This document shows positions 8,478 through 19,351 of a DNA stretch of 64,000 nucleotides, in pieces (the first letter of the stretch is position 1; the number at the start of each line of letters is the position of its first letter). The translations under genes were made by a program, and so were the position numbers. The DNA comes from Myxococcota bacterium (lineage in GTDB: Bacteria > Myxococcota_A > SURF-8), in the NCBI GenBank assembly GCA_965140415.1, contig OZ223209.1, forward strand, positions 2,784,001 through 2,848,000. Direction: 5' to 3'. The notes beneath the pieces were generated by a model. That model was given only the letters and a program-made list of their open reading frames with translations, was not told the DNA's origin and did no database searches.

Positions 8478-9488
8478 TTACATTGCTTGATCCGACTGGA
8501 CCTGCACATTGGGAAGTCGTTTATGTAGATTTTCGATTTCTTCCTGTGTTACCTTGGTTTCTGTCACAATCAACGTCTTCAGCATTTTCATGTCATAAAG
8601 CGGGGCAAGGGAAACCACCGGAGTTTTGGCAAGATCCAGATACTCCAGTTCTTTCATGTGGTTGAGCAAGGATAAATCCGTAATCGGAACTCCCCACAGT
8701 TTTAACATCTTCAGTTTCGTAAATGGTTTGAGCATATTCAAGTCCCGCAACGGAGTGTTGCAGAGATCCAGATAGGTAATTCGTTCTGCTATCGGAAACA
8801 ACGGGGACAGATCCGTAATCTGGGTGCTGCAAGTCAATATCTCCGTGATGTTGGGCATTTGAGCTAAAATACTGATGTCTGTAACCGGGCATTGCAGCAG
8901 GTCGATGCGCTTCAACTGTTTCATTTTCAGTAATGGCGTAAGATCTGAAATGTGTGCCATTTTAGCATCTATTTCCGTCAACTTGGATAGACCTATCAAT
9001 GGTGTCAGGTCATGAACGCCAGTCCCCCAGATGTTCAAATACTCCAGGTTTTCCAATGTTGAAAGTGGTGTTAAATCCGTTACGTCCGGAGAGATGCGCA
9101 TGTCGAGGCGGCGTAGGTTTGTCAAACCGGAAAAGAGCGACAAATCTTTCAATCCTGCAAAACCGACAAACATGGAGGTTAACTCCGTGCAGGTTGGAAT
9201 GATCGAAAGATCGGCTTGCTTCATTCTGCCAGAAATCGATTCAAACCAGATCTGCCCCTGATCGGGATGCGCCATCCACCAGTCGTACCAATATTCATCT
9301 CCCCAAGGCGGAACGAAAGCCGCACAGCCGGTTGCTTCTTCTTGCTGCACAGGAATGGCTTCGATATCTACTGGCACCTCTTGAACATTTTGATCTTTTT
9401 GGTGTGCCGTGCTGGATGTTGTGGGGGAACAGGCGCTGAAAAAGAAAACGATCGATAGGAACATCAACAGAGAAAATCGATTCATCAT
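8478..9488 (-). CDS. Leucine-rich-repeat (internalin-like) lipoprotein
   Basis: Lipobox FSAC and repeated ~22-aa LRR units (DLTPLxxLxxLxxLxL). Confidence 0.85.
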   Translation of the reverse strand: MMNRFSLLMFLSIVFFFSACSPTTSSTAHQKDQNVQEVPVDIEAIPVQQEEATGCAAFVPPWGDEYWYDWWMAHPDQGQIWFESISGRMKQADLSIIPTCTELTSMFVGFAGLKDLSLFSGLTNLRRLDMRISPDVTDLTPLSTLENLEYLNIWGTGVHDLTPLIGLSKLTEIDAKMAHISDLTPLLKMKQLKRIDLLQCPVTDISILAQMPNITEILTCSTQITDLSPLFPIAERITYLDLCNTPLRDLNMLKPFTKLKMLKLWGVPITDLSLLNHMKELEYLDLAKTPVVSLAPLYDMKMLKTLIVTETKVTQEEIENLHKRLPNVQVQSDQAM

Positions 9489-9660
9489 AACCCCATTTCT
9501 AGGCACGTATTAAATGAAACCTTCGCTGCCAAGCGGAAGTCATCATAACGGAGAAAGACCGAGAGGAAAAGCGCTTTTTTAAATTTTGATGAGCAACAGT
9601 AATGCTGTTTTTTTACAGGCTTAGTTTCGGACGAGAAGATGCAGGTCTGGTGATATGCGA

Positions 9661-10704
9661 CTACTGCTTCTTATCGGCTCCCTTGCCGAGCATTCCGCAG
9701 GCCCCATAAATGTCCTGTCCTTTGGACTGTCGGATAAAGGTATTGACGCCGTTTTCCGTGAGCTTTCGCTGGAAGGCGAAGACTTCCTCCATGGGAGGAG
9801 GCTGAAATTCCGCCTGCTCATGTGGATTGAAGGGAATGAGATTGACTTTGCCGCCGATGCGACGCGCAATTTTGATCAGCCGTTTGGCATCTTCGGGCAG
9901 GTTATTGATTCCATCCAGCAATACATATTCAAGTACGATTCGCTTCTTGCGCGGCTTGGGGAAGGCTTCCAAGGCTGTAATAAGTTGAGCAAGCGGGTAG
10001 CGCTTGTTAACCGGCATGATACGCGAACGGACTTCGTCTGTCGTGGCGTTTAAAGAAACCGCTAATCCTGCACCGCAACGCTCGCCTAAAGCTTTGATCT
10101 CCGGCACAAGCCCGGATGTGGAAACCGTCAATTTGCGTCCGCTGAAGTTTACACCATGATCGTGCATCAGAATATTGCAGGCATTGACGACGTTGTCGAG
10201 ATTATGAAGCGGCTCACCCATACCCATCAACACGATGTTGCTGATGCATTCCGGGTCGTTGTCGAGATGAGCGCGTGCCTGGCGATATTGATCGACAATT
10301 TCGGAGCAAGTCAGGTTTCGCTGGAGTTTCAGGGTTCCGGTTAAGCAGAAGCGGCAGCCCATAGCACAGCCGACTTGAGAAGAGACGCATAATGTCATGC
10401 GGTCGTCGGAAGGAATCAATACCGATTCCACCGTCGAGCCATCCGACAGCTTGTATTGAAGTTTCTCCGTCCCGTCTTCGGATTGAATGCTCTGTGCAAC
10501 TTCAATAGGTTTTAAGGTGCAGCTTTGGGCAAGATCGTCTCGAAAAGCCTTGGCCAGATTCGTCATTTGATCGAAATCGTTGACATTGTGGCGGTGGATC
10601 CACTCGAAAAGCTGTTGGGCGCGGAATTTCCGATGTCCCAATGTTTCCGTAACGTAGTGGGTCAGTTCTTCGAACGTGAAATTTCTTAAATCTACTGGGG
10701 GCAT
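9661..10704 (-). CDS. rlmN: 23S rRNA (adenine(2503)-C2)-methyltransferase RlmN
   Basis: CVSSQVGCAMGCRFC, MGMGEPL and DIYGACG motifs. Confidence 0.95.
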   Translation of the reverse strand: MPPVDLRNFTFEELTHYVTETLGHRKFRAQQLFEWIHRHNVNDFDQMTNLAKAFRDDLAQSCTLKPIEVAQSIQSEDGTEKLQYKLSDGSTVESVLIPSDDRMTLCVSSQVGCAMGCRFCLTGTLKLQRNLTCSEIVDQYRQARAHLDNDPECISNIVLMGMGEPLHNLDNVVNACNILMHDHGVNFSGRKLTVSTSGLVPEIKALGERCGAGLAVSLNATTDEVRSRIMPVNKRYPLAQLITALEAFPKPRKKRIVLEYVLLDGINNLPEDAKRLIKIARRIGGKVNLIPFNPHEQAEFQPPPMEEVFAFQRKLTENGVNTFIRQSKGQDIYGACGMLGKGADKKQ

Positions 10705-10756
10705 GAACGCTTACAATCTCTTTCAAGCGAGCGGACTCGATCCTGCTCGATGGTTT

Positions 10757-13015
10757 TCACAAATGCCAACGTTTTCCCGGGCCGATTGGAATGCCTTCCG
10801 GTCCGATGGGGTGGACTTTTCCCTGGTCCATATAGCCTAGGTCTACAAGGGGTTGAACCTGCTGGGAAAGTCCTTGCGGAATTCTGCGCAACGTAAGGTA
10901 ATCAAGCCCGATACCGAAATCTTTCGATTCTATCGCCTTGCCGACAACCTTCAACGCGATCCTAACCGGGCCGGTTTTCAGATGCAAGGATTGTTGCGAG
11001 CGCCACGGAACAAAACGGTAATCCGGTTGATAACCGGAAAAGATCGGCGTCAATGGCTTGTCATCAACCGATAGCTGAAAATCAGCTAAAAACGGTCCCT
11101 GCATACAGGACAGCTCAACAAGGTAGTCTCCCGGCTGGAAGATGTATTGCTCGAAGGAAATCGTGGAACCGATTCCTTTTGCTTTGAAATACACCTGTGC
11201 GGCGTCGGGATTGTCCGGGAAATAGCGGGTGGTGCGAAGGATCGTCATGGTCCCGTTGGTAAACCGCATCCCGGCGAGTTTTTCCTCGATCTCATTAAAA
11301 AGAACGCCGTTATCGGTATTGGTCTTTAGTTTTATCAAGCGGTGTTGGTAGGGAGCATAACGATAGAAGTCCCGGTTTGGATAAAGGTACATCAATTCCG
11401 CGCTGCCTTCATACAAATGCCGGGCGAAAATTACATCCTGATCGAAATCCGGTTCGTTGAAGTTGAAACCGTACATATAACTGACGGTGGAACCGGGAAT
11501 CAACACTACGGCGTTGTGGATTTCTTCCTGTTGTACCAACCGATGCAGGCTGTCGTCGACTTCCCGAAAATGCTTGTAATTGTCCCATAATTGCGGATTA
11601 AGCCAGAATAGTCCAAAAAGAAACAGGGTCAGTCCCAATGAAATGGGCAAGGCAAGCAGCAGGCGTTGAATCGCTGGAAATCGCCGACTAAGTAGCTGCA
11701 TCCAATCCATCAGGCGAGACAGGCCAAGCGCGATCAGAAAAACCATGGCTCCGATCCCTTCGAAATAGAAGCGCGGGCCATAGCAGTTGCCATGATAATA
11801 GAAAAAGAAATATCCGATGATCAGGGAAAGCAACAGCGCCACAAGTGCGGCGGTTTCCTTTCGAATTCGGCCTGCGGCACATGGTAGTACGAGCAGCAAT
11901 AGCGCCATTGGCGTTCCGAACAAGTTCAATGAAAGGCTGGTCAGTCGTTGGCTTGTAACTTTTACTGCATCTTCAGGATAAAAGCCGTTAGGGAAACCAA
12001 ATTGGCCATGCTCGTTTTTACAGCCGACATCCTCTCCGAAACCGAGGCGATGGCAAGTTGGCTGCTCTTCCGTCAGAGCGAAATATTCATCCTGGGCAAA
12101 GCGAAAAACATTGCCGGTCAGATTATGGTTGACCATCAACTGGATGGAACCGATTCCAAGCGCCAACGCCATGGCAGGCAGCATTGCAACCAATTGCCTT
12201 GGGCGCTTGATAAGCATTGGCAACAGAACGACGGCCAAAGGTAAAAGTAGCAAAATGCTGTTGTAGGCGCGAATGTTGAATAGCGCTCCAATCAGTCCGC
12301 CAATCAACAGGATGCGAAATCGGCGTTTGTCTTGGCTGTAAAGCAGGGCCTGATCGAGTGCGATCAAGGATAGCAGCCCGCTTAAGGCATGCGCCATGAA
12401 CGAGGCGGACATGAAAATATAGAAGGGGGAAACCAATAACAACAACACCGCAAGGCGTGCCAGATAAGGACCGAAACCTCTGTCTATGATGCGATAGAGT
12501 GGCCAGATCGAAAGTGCAGCTAGGACCGGGTTCACCAGCCAGGGAACATGCAACTTGACGCCTAAAGCCAGAACAAGCGGCCAGCCCGGTTGAAACAGGC
12601 TGATCATGCGTCCTTGATCCACATAATAGAAATGTGGAAGGAAAAAATCCGGTACGGGAGGTGCAGGAATCGTCAACCAACCCCGTGCAAGGGCTTTGGC
12701 CTGGAAAAGATAAGAGGACGAATCGGTTACGTGCGGAATGCTGTCCAGCACGACGATATTTGCGGTGACGGTCACCAATAGTGCAGTAACTATCGTTAAA
12801 AGCAGAAACAGGGAATCCGGAATCTTGTCGCTTATTTTGCGAAAGAGCTCCAATAACTGCGGTCCGGCAATAACTGTCAACAGCAGCAACACACCGAAGA
12901 TGATTTGTGGGATGGGCTGGAAGGTGGTCAGAATGCGCATCGGGTCGAATGACGTCACCAAAAGAAACAGCAGGATCGTCAGTGCGATTCGAACTCCTGT
13001 CGTTAAGACCCGCAT
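10757..13015 (-). CDS. GT-C fold membrane glycosyltransferase (ArnT/PMT-like) with extracytoplasmic C-terminal domain
   Basis: Many TM helices, PHVTDSSSYLFQA loop, PGWPLVLA and YGPRFYFE motifs. Confidence 0.7.
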   Translation of the reverse strand: MRVLTTGVRIALTILLFLLVTSFDPMRILTTFQPIPQIIFGVLLLLTVIAGPQLLELFRKISDKIPDSLFLLLTIVTALLVTVTANIVVLDSIPHVTDSSSYLFQAKALARGWLTIPAPPVPDFFLPHFYYVDQGRMISLFQPGWPLVLALGVKLHVPWLVNPVLAALSIWPLYRIIDRGFGPYLARLAVLLLLVSPFYIFMSASFMAHALSGLLSLIALDQALLYSQDKRRFRILLIGGLIGALFNIRAYNSILLLLPLAVVLLPMLIKRPRQLVAMLPAMALALGIGSIQLMVNHNLTGNVFRFAQDEYFALTEEQPTCHRLGFGEDVGCKNEHGQFGFPNGFYPEDAVKVTSQRLTSLSLNLFGTPMALLLLVLPCAAGRIRKETAALVALLLSLIIGYFFFYYHGNCYGPRFYFEGIGAMVFLIALGLSRLMDWMQLLSRRFPAIQRLLLALPISLGLTLFLFGLFWLNPQLWDNYKHFREVDDSLHRLVQQEEIHNAVVLIPGSTVSYMYGFNFNEPDFDQDVIFARHLYEGSAELMYLYPNRDFYRYAPYQHRLIKLKTNTDNGVLFNEIEEKLAGMRFTNGTMTILRTTRYFPDNPDAAQVYFKAKGIGSTISFEQYIFQPGDYLVELSCMQGPFLADFQLSVDDKPLTPIFSGYQPDYRFVPWRSQQSLHLKTGPVRIALKVVGKAIESKDFGIGLDYLTLRRIPQGLSQQVQPLVDLGYMDQGKVHPIGPEGIPIGPGKRWHL

Positions 13016-13020
13016 GAGTG

Positions 13021-15480
13021 TCAATCCGTTAGAGCCTGCCGGTTGAAACGGAAAACCAGCACGGCAATCAGGTAGCATCCTGCGCCCACAACACCGGTGA
13101 TCATGATTCCTACACCGATGGAAAGAATCATGGCGAAGACTGAACCGATGACCGAAAGCGCGCCGTTGATGGCCCATAACCAGGGTGTGGCGCGCGGAAC
13201 TTCACGGTCGGCTGCGGTCAATCCGATTGGAAACGCACAGCCCATCAAGATACCGATGGCAAACAGCATGATGGTTGCCAGCGCGATGCGTGGCGCCAGC
13301 TGCACTCCGTGGAATGCCTGTAACAGATGCGGCAGCAGTACCGTCAGTGCGAGTGTTCCCAAAAAGAGCAGCCAGAGCGCGATTCCGGCGCGTTTCTGCA
13401 TGTTTGCTCGACCCAACACAAAACGTCCAGCTAGCGAACTTCCGATGCCGGTGGCCAGAAGAATCGAGAACAATACAACTGTCAATGAATATACCGGGTG
13501 TCCAAGGAAGAGCGTCAGGCGTTGGATCAAGCTGATTTCCACCAGGATAAAGCCCAATCCGATGGCGGCGAAGTAGACTCCGTGACGCCCCAACGGCTTC
13601 AAAGGCAGAGGTGCAACGCCTTTGGCGCGTTGGGCGCGTTCATGCAGCCACAGAGGAATGAAAAGCCCGGCAATGGACATGAGTACGACCAACACGAACA
13701 ACACCACGAGAATGGTGATCGCCCGGACGTTGAAGTTCGTCATCCACTGATCTTGAATGTCTACACGCAGAAAGTCCCGCAGTCGAAGCATGTTGAAGAA
13801 AAACGGGGCATCGTCGGTAGTAGGACTGATATTCAGAGAATAGCCCGCAATTGCCTGTTCATGAGTCTTGGGTGACAGAACCTCCGCGAAAATCGGCATA
13901 CTGGTTTCGTCGGGAGTTAATAGCAGTGTAAAGTCCATGTTTTTACACAGATCTTTGAAGGTCGTCACATCTTGAGGGCTGAAGGGTTTGGCCGAAATGA
14001 TGATCGTTCCCACTCCGGTCGGGCTTTCTGCTGTATCGCCGTGATCGGTGGTGGCGATCAGCACATGCTGCCGGGGATCTTTGGCACCGAGGTTTCGTAG
14101 TGCCTCATAAGCCAACGTCGTGCAGCGAATCATCTCACCGGGGCGACTGCGTACCCACCAGCGCGACATTGTTAAAACTCCACGATCTGTCAGGTGAGAG
14201 AGAAATTCGGTCCAGGCTTCGACCGTATACAGACTGTTCTCGGTCAGGACAAAAGCACCGGCGCTGGTTGCGGCCCAGGAGTCGATCAGCGAAGCCTGAA
14301 TGATATCGAACTTTTCATTGCTGCGTTCGATCCAGGAGCGGGCTTCGTCGTTGACGAAGCGCAGTTTCGGGTTTTGCGCCAGATTGCCGGTAAAGGAGGC
14401 CATGTCCTTTGTGATCAGATCCAGAATGTCGTGATTGATTTCGACTCCGGTCACTTTCTTCGGGTTGTACAGCAGCGAAGTCAGCACGTCGCGACCACCG
14501 CCGGTGCCGATAATCAACACATTCGATTCCGGGCGCAAGTGATGCGCCAGGGACGTGACATCGTAGCGCAAGTGCCGGATTTCGTCCGCGTGGCCACTGT
14601 ATTTTGTAATCACCGTTCCCGCAGCGGCATCGATGCTGAGCATCAACTGCTGAGGCTCTTTTTCCGCTTTGTAGGTCGGCGACATGCCCCAACCGAAGGC
14701 AAAAGGGAGCAGATCGCGAAAGACCGTCACCACCGAATGGCTGTTCCAGCGCTCGACAAGCGGTTCCGACGGCACACGGCTGGCCACCGGAAGACCCACC
14801 ACGTTTTTTACCCATTTAATCTCAAACAATCGCACGCTTGGTTGAATCAAAGCCGCCAAGACAAGCAATGCACTTAGCACAGCGGTGCTGCGTTTGAGAA
14901 GCCGCGATTGACTGCCAAGGGAAAACATCCACGCGCCGATTGCCGCCAGTGAAGCTCCGGCAAAGACCATGCCCGGTCCCGTCAACGGACGTGTGAGCGC
15001 CCACATTAACAGACATCCGATAGATGCTCCTGCCAGATCGAAGGCGTATAACTTGCCGATTTGTTTGGGGAAACGTGTAAGAACCAGACTGACCAGAATG
15101 CCTGAGAGCGTAAAGGGAATGGTGATCAGCAGGAAGGTGCTGATAATACTAGCCATTCCTGTTACGGTCAAAGAAGGCAGAAAGGGAATCTGCAAGTGCA
15201 GCCAGAAAGTGATGACAACGGAAACGCAAAACGCCAGTGCAAGGCCAGACAATCGTTCCGAAAGCTTTTCGGTGGGAAACCAATTGGGACGCAAGTAGAC
15301 GATGACCGAACCGAAAGCCATGCCGAACAGGGCAATGCTGATCGTCATAAACGCATAATGATACCACATCGTTACGGAGAAAATGCGCGTGTAGGTAATT
15401 TCCAGTAGCAGCGTGGCGCAGGTAATGAAAGCGAGTCCCAAAGGAAGCAGGCGCGGTATTTTCTGGTTGTCAGTCGGCAT
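13021..15480 (-). CDS. Membrane protein fused to a spermidine-synthase-like SAM-dependent domain
   Basis: TM blocks flank VLIIGTGGGRDV, VEIN, DEARSWI, FDIIQ and LYTVE motifs. Confidence 0.8.
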   Translation of the reverse strand: MPTDNQKIPRLLPLGLAFITCATLLLEITYTRIFSVTMWYHYAFMTISIALFGMAFGSVIVYLRPNWFPTEKLSERLSGLALAFCVSVVITFWLHLQIPFLPSLTVTGMASIISTFLLITIPFTLSGILVSLVLTRFPKQIGKLYAFDLAGASIGCLLMWALTRPLTGPGMVFAGASLAAIGAWMFSLGSQSRLLKRSTAVLSALLVLAALIQPSVRLFEIKWVKNVVGLPVASRVPSEPLVERWNSHSVVTVFRDLLPFAFGWGMSPTYKAEKEPQQLMLSIDAAAGTVITKYSGHADEIRHLRYDVTSLAHHLRPESNVLIIGTGGGRDVLTSLLYNPKKVTGVEINHDILDLITKDMASFTGNLAQNPKLRFVNDEARSWIERSNEKFDIIQASLIDSWAATSAGAFVLTENSLYTVEAWTEFLSHLTDRGVLTMSRWWVRSRPGEMIRCTTLAYEALRNLGAKDPRQHVLIATTDHGDTAESPTGVGTIIISAKPFSPQDVTTFKDLCKNMDFTLLLTPDETSMPIFAEVLSPKTHEQAIAGYSLNISPTTDDAPFFFNMLRLRDFLRVDIQDQWMTNFNVRAITILVVLFVLVVLMSIAGLFIPLWLHERAQRAKGVAPLPLKPLGRHGVYFAAIGLGFILVEISLIQRLTLFLGHPVYSLTVVLFSILLATGIGSSLAGRFVLGRANMQKRAGIALWLLFLGTLALTVLLPHLLQAFHGVQLAPRIALATIMLFAIGILMGCAFPIGLTAADREVPRATPWLWAINGALSVIGSVFAMILSIGVGIMITGVVGAGCYLIAVLVFRFNRQALTD

Positions 15481-15683
15481 AGATACTCCATTGCATACAG
15501 AACAAAATCACCGATCTCTTATAAAAGAAAGAAGCAGTGAAAGCAACGATATAATGGTAGTTAGGCAATAGTTTGAAGTGGAATCGCGCTGGAGAAGTCG
15601 TTTTGGTGTGGGTCGGACATTCTCCTTGGCTTGTGTCTGACAGCTTGTTGTGGTAACTAGATGATCGATTGCCCCTTGGTTAG

Positions 15684-17645
15684 ATGTATTGGGAGGTTTG
15701 TATTATGCTGAACGTTCGACGAGTAATTCTGAAGCTGATGTTTTTGCTGTTGCTTTCGCTGATGGTGGCATGTGCATCCGGTGGTCAGCCAAAAGCGGAC
15801 ACACCGACTAAAACAGAAGAATCGAAAGAAGCAGGTTCGGCTGCGCTGGATATTGAAGCCTATATGAGCATCTTGTCCGTGTCCAACCCGGAGGTATCCC
15901 CGGATGGCTGGATTTATTACAAAACCTGGTCCACCGGAGTGGATCAGATCTATCGGGTGCGTGAGAAACAAACGGAAACCGTGACGGATGAAACGCTGTT
16001 CCCGGAAGGCGTGGATTTCTTTTCCCTTTCGCCGGATGGTAACTATCTGGTAATCGGTGCGGATGAGGGCGGAAACGAACAGTTCAGTCTTTACCTGATG
16101 AAAACAGCGTCGCCGGGCGAGGGTGTACAGGCGGTAGCCGTCAACCCGGAAGAGCGCGTCGACGGTGCGCTCTGGTCCTCCGATTCCACGTTTTTCGTAT
16201 TTCGTGCCAATGGGCGTAACGGCAAGGATTTCGATGTCTGCCGGGTGGATGTGGCTACCAAAAAACGTTCGACTCTGTTTGAGCGTGAAGGCTACACCTG
16301 GATTCACGATGTTTCGCCGGATGGGAACTCGGTTCTATTCGCACGCTATTGGGGAGGAAATCTCGCGGATTTGTATCTGGGAGATGTGACGAGCGGCCAG
16401 GTTCGACAACTAACGGAAAAGGAGCGTACGAGCGGGTCCTATGATTCGGCCCGCTTTCTCAAAGATGGTCAGTCGATCATTGCAACCACCGACGATGGCT
16501 TTGAGCGCAGTGTGATCGTTCGTATGAATTTGGCGACAGGCGAGCGCAAGAAGATCAGCCAGGTGAACTGGGATATCGAATCGTTATCGCTTTCACCTGC
16601 ACGGGATCTGGCGGCTTATGTGTATAACGAACATGGTGCCAGCCGCCTGGTGTTGGCTAAACCGGAAGATCTAACTGAGATACGCAAGCCTGAATTGGGG
16701 TTGGGTTTGATTTCCGGCATCAGTTTCGGCAACGGTTTTATCGTGTGTGCCTATTCCAATCCGACTCAGACCGTGGATTTGTGGCGCATCGATTTGAATG
16801 ATGGGGCGATATCGCAAGTTACATTTTCCGATTACGCAGGGGTGGATCGTTCGCGCTTTGTCATGCCCGAACTGGTACATTACCCAACCTTTGATGGACG
16901 TTCGATTCCTGCATTCCTGTACCGTCCGAAAGGCTATGAGAATCAGCCTGCTCCCTACGTCATTTATGCGCACGGTGGCCCGGAATCACAGTTTCGTCCG
17001 CAATTCATCCGTAGTTTCCAGTTCATGTTGGAGCGAGGCATCGGTGTGCTGGCTCCCAATGTCCGGGGATCGTCTGGATACGGTCCGGCATATCTGGAGT
17101 TGGATAACTACAAGAAACGCATGGACTCCATCACGGATTTTGAATATGCCGCGCGTTATCTGATCGATAACAAAATCGCCGATCCCAAACGCTTGGGAAT
17201 TCGGGGAGGCAGTTATGGCGGCTATGTGGTCATGGCGAGTATCACGGAATATCCCGAACGCTATGCAGCGGCGATCAATTCTGTTGGAATCGTGAATTTC
17301 CTGACCTATTTCCAGCGAACGAAAAAATACAGGCGAGCCGTGCGCGAGAAGGAATACGGCCCGATGAGCGATGAGGATTTCCTGCGCTCCATCTCGCCGA
17401 TTTTTAAAATCGACCGCGTAATGACGCCTCTGATGATCGTTCATGGTGAAAACGATCCGCGCGTACCGGTTCAGGAAGCCAGGCAGATTATCGAGGCCTT
17501 GACCGCGCGTAACCAAGTGGTTGAGCCTGTGATTTTCCCCGATGAAGGTCATGGCGTTCAGAAACTGGAAAATCGTTTGGAGCTATACCGACAGATGGAT
17601 GCATTCCTGCTTCGGTATCTGAAACCGGATGAGGTTTCCGAATAG
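15684..17645 (+). CDS. S9 family (prolyl oligopeptidase/acylaminoacyl) peptidase, lipoprotein
   Basis: Beta-propeller repeats, HGGPE, GGSYGG, HGENDPRV and DEGH catalytic motifs, lipobox MVAC. Start may be slightly downstream. Confidence 0.92.
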   Translation: MYWEVCIMLNVRRVILKLMFLLLLSLMVACASGGQPKADTPTKTEESKEAGSAALDIEAYMSILSVSNPEVSPDGWIYYKTWSTGVDQIYRVREKQTETVTDETLFPEGVDFFSLSPDGNYLVIGADEGGNEQFSLYLMKTASPGEGVQAVAVNPEERVDGALWSSDSTFFVFRANGRNGKDFDVCRVDVATKKRSTLFEREGYTWIHDVSPDGNSVLFARYWGGNLADLYLGDVTSGQVRQLTEKERTSGSYDSARFLKDGQSIIATTDDGFERSVIVRMNLATGERKKISQVNWDIESLSLSPARDLAAYVYNEHGASRLVLAKPEDLTEIRKPELGLGLISGISFGNGFIVCAYSNPTQTVDLWRIDLNDGAISQVTFSDYAGVDRSRFVMPELVHYPTFDGRSIPAFLYRPKGYENQPAPYVIYAHGGPESQFRPQFIRSFQFMLERGIGVLAPNVRGSSGYGPAYLELDNYKKRMDSITDFEYAARYLIDNKIADPKRLGIRGGSYGGYVVMASITEYPERYAAAINSVGIVNFLTYFQRTKKYRRAVREKEYGPMSDEDFLRSISPIFKIDRVMTPLMIVHGENDPRVPVQEARQIIEALTARNQVVEPVIFPDEGHGVQKLENRLELYRQMDAFLLRYLKPDEVSE

Positions 17646-19344
17646 AGTGATACGAACGGGAGGTTCAGTGTCAAAACCAGGGCGACAGCATGTAAATCTC
17701 TTTTCGGGGGTGGAGCGGAGAGTTTCATCGCATCGGAGAATACTCTTCCAGAGTAGAGCTAAAAGAGTGTTGTTTTTCTTCGTGCTGGGAATGTGGTGTT
17801 TCGTGCTGCCTTGTGCTGCTTCGGAATATGAGAGCGAGCGCTATCACGAATCGATAAAGAGTTTGGATCGAACTGCGGGGGAGATCGCACTTGGCGACAA
17901 AATCCGCCACCGATTTGGACTGGCAGGCAAAAGGCCTCCTAGCTACGACTCCGGGGTGACACTGGCGGCGAAATTGGAAGCGGAGATGCTTTCTGACTCT
18001 GCCAATGATGACAAAACGCCGGAAAGCGAGAACCTGGAGCATATTCGAGAGCGATTGCGTCAGGCGGGAATTTCCGACTATCACGTAACCGGAGCAAAGG
18101 CGATACAGCCCACGACGAGTCTTGTCGTGGAATCGCTGTTGCGTTGGGTGGATGCGCAGAGACAGGACAATTGGAACCGGTTCGGTGTCGCTTTGGTGGG
18201 ATACGGTGAGCGCGTACTTGGCATCGTGTTTTTAACGGAACGGCAAGTGCGTGTGAATTCGATGGCGCGTCAATTGGCTAAGCCGGGAAATATCACAGTT
18301 GAAGGACAGGTGCTGCAACCGGTCAAGGATTTACAGGTTTATCTCGAATTGCCTACAGGCCGAGTAACACAACAACGTCCCATGCGATTGGCTTCCGGGG
18401 CATTTAGCCAGCTACTGAAGTTCAAGAAGGATGGCAGCTATCGGGTGCAGATCGTGATCGATCGTGGGCAAGGTCCGCAGGTCGCATCCTTAATGGATAT
18501 TTCGGTCGGCAATGCGCCGCATCGTGCAAAAGTTCCAACCTTTGGAGCGGCGGATGATGCTCCACTCGATGTCATTCAGCGACAGATGCTTGAATGGATC
18601 AATTTGATAAGAAGGGGTTATGTGCTTGCACCACTGCGACATAGTGAGCGGTTGTCCACGATTATTCAGAGTAAAGTGAATGCCACCAATGGAAGCGAGC
18701 CGTTGCGGCATCGAGGGAAAAATGGCCAGGGACCGGGTGAGTTGCTTCAGGATGCGGGAATCGATACGGAAGCGTATGGCGAGAATCTGGGGCGGAATCG
18801 GAAGCTTTCAAGTTTGATGCGCGAGTTGATACAAAGCCCGGCCCATCGGCAGAATTTGCTTGCTTCGCACTATACACATGTGGGGATTGGCCTTCGTAAA
18901 ATTCAAGACACCGGGATCTGGACGGTTGGCCAACTGTTTGCTCGTCTGCCGGTAAGTCCGATCTACAAAACGGGGCGTGTGTTGAACCTACAGCCGGAGT
19001 TCTGGCAGGATATCCACAAGGAGAGGTTTCGTCGCAAGCTTCCCGCTCTGTCCGTCAGTCGTACACTGATGAATCAAGCGAAGGAACTGGTACGTAGTCA
19101 GGGCAGGGGAGGACGTATCAACAGTATCCGTTTGCGTGAAATGGCTGAACGAAAAATCAGCTCTGCTCCCAACCAGTTGGCACAGATGGTGGTGGTGCTT
19201 CCTGTTGCTTCATTGGACGAATTGAAACACTTCGCCGGATTCGTACAGGCACGATGGAAACTGGCGGGTGTATCGCTGATTCAGACAAAGCCGAAAGGAT
19301 TATTGGCGTTAATCGTATTGGGTGAGCAATACGATAGCAAATAG
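17629..19344 (+). CDS. CAP (SCP-like) domain secreted protein
   Basis: GENLG...SPAHRQNLLASHYTHVGIG motif. True start is probably downstream of 17629. Confidence 0.75.
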   Translation: MRFPNRVIRTGGSVSKPGRQHVNLFSGVERRVSSHRRILFQSRAKRVLFFFVLGMWCFVLPCAASEYESERYHESIKSLDRTAGEIALGDKIRHRFGLAGKRPPSYDSGVTLAAKLEAEMLSDSANDDKTPESENLEHIRERLRQAGISDYHVTGAKAIQPTTSLVVESLLRWVDAQRQDNWNRFGVALVGYGERVLGIVFLTERQVRVNSMARQLAKPGNITVEGQVLQPVKDLQVYLELPTGRVTQQRPMRLASGAFSQLLKFKKDGSYRVQIVIDRGQGPQVASLMDISVGNAPHRAKVPTFGAADDAPLDVIQRQMLEWINLIRRGYVLAPLRHSERLSTIIQSKVNATNGSEPLRHRGKNGQGPGELLQDAGIDTEAYGENLGRNRKLSSLMRELIQSPAHRQNLLASHYTHVGIGLRKIQDTGIWTVGQLFARLPVSPIYKTGRVLNLQPEFWQDIHKERFRRKLPALSVSRTLMNQAKELVRSQGRGGRINSIRLREMAERKISSAPNQLAQMVVVLPVASLDELKHFAGFVQARWKLAGVSLIQTKPKGLLALIVLGEQYDSK

Positions 19345-19351
19345 GCTGCTG

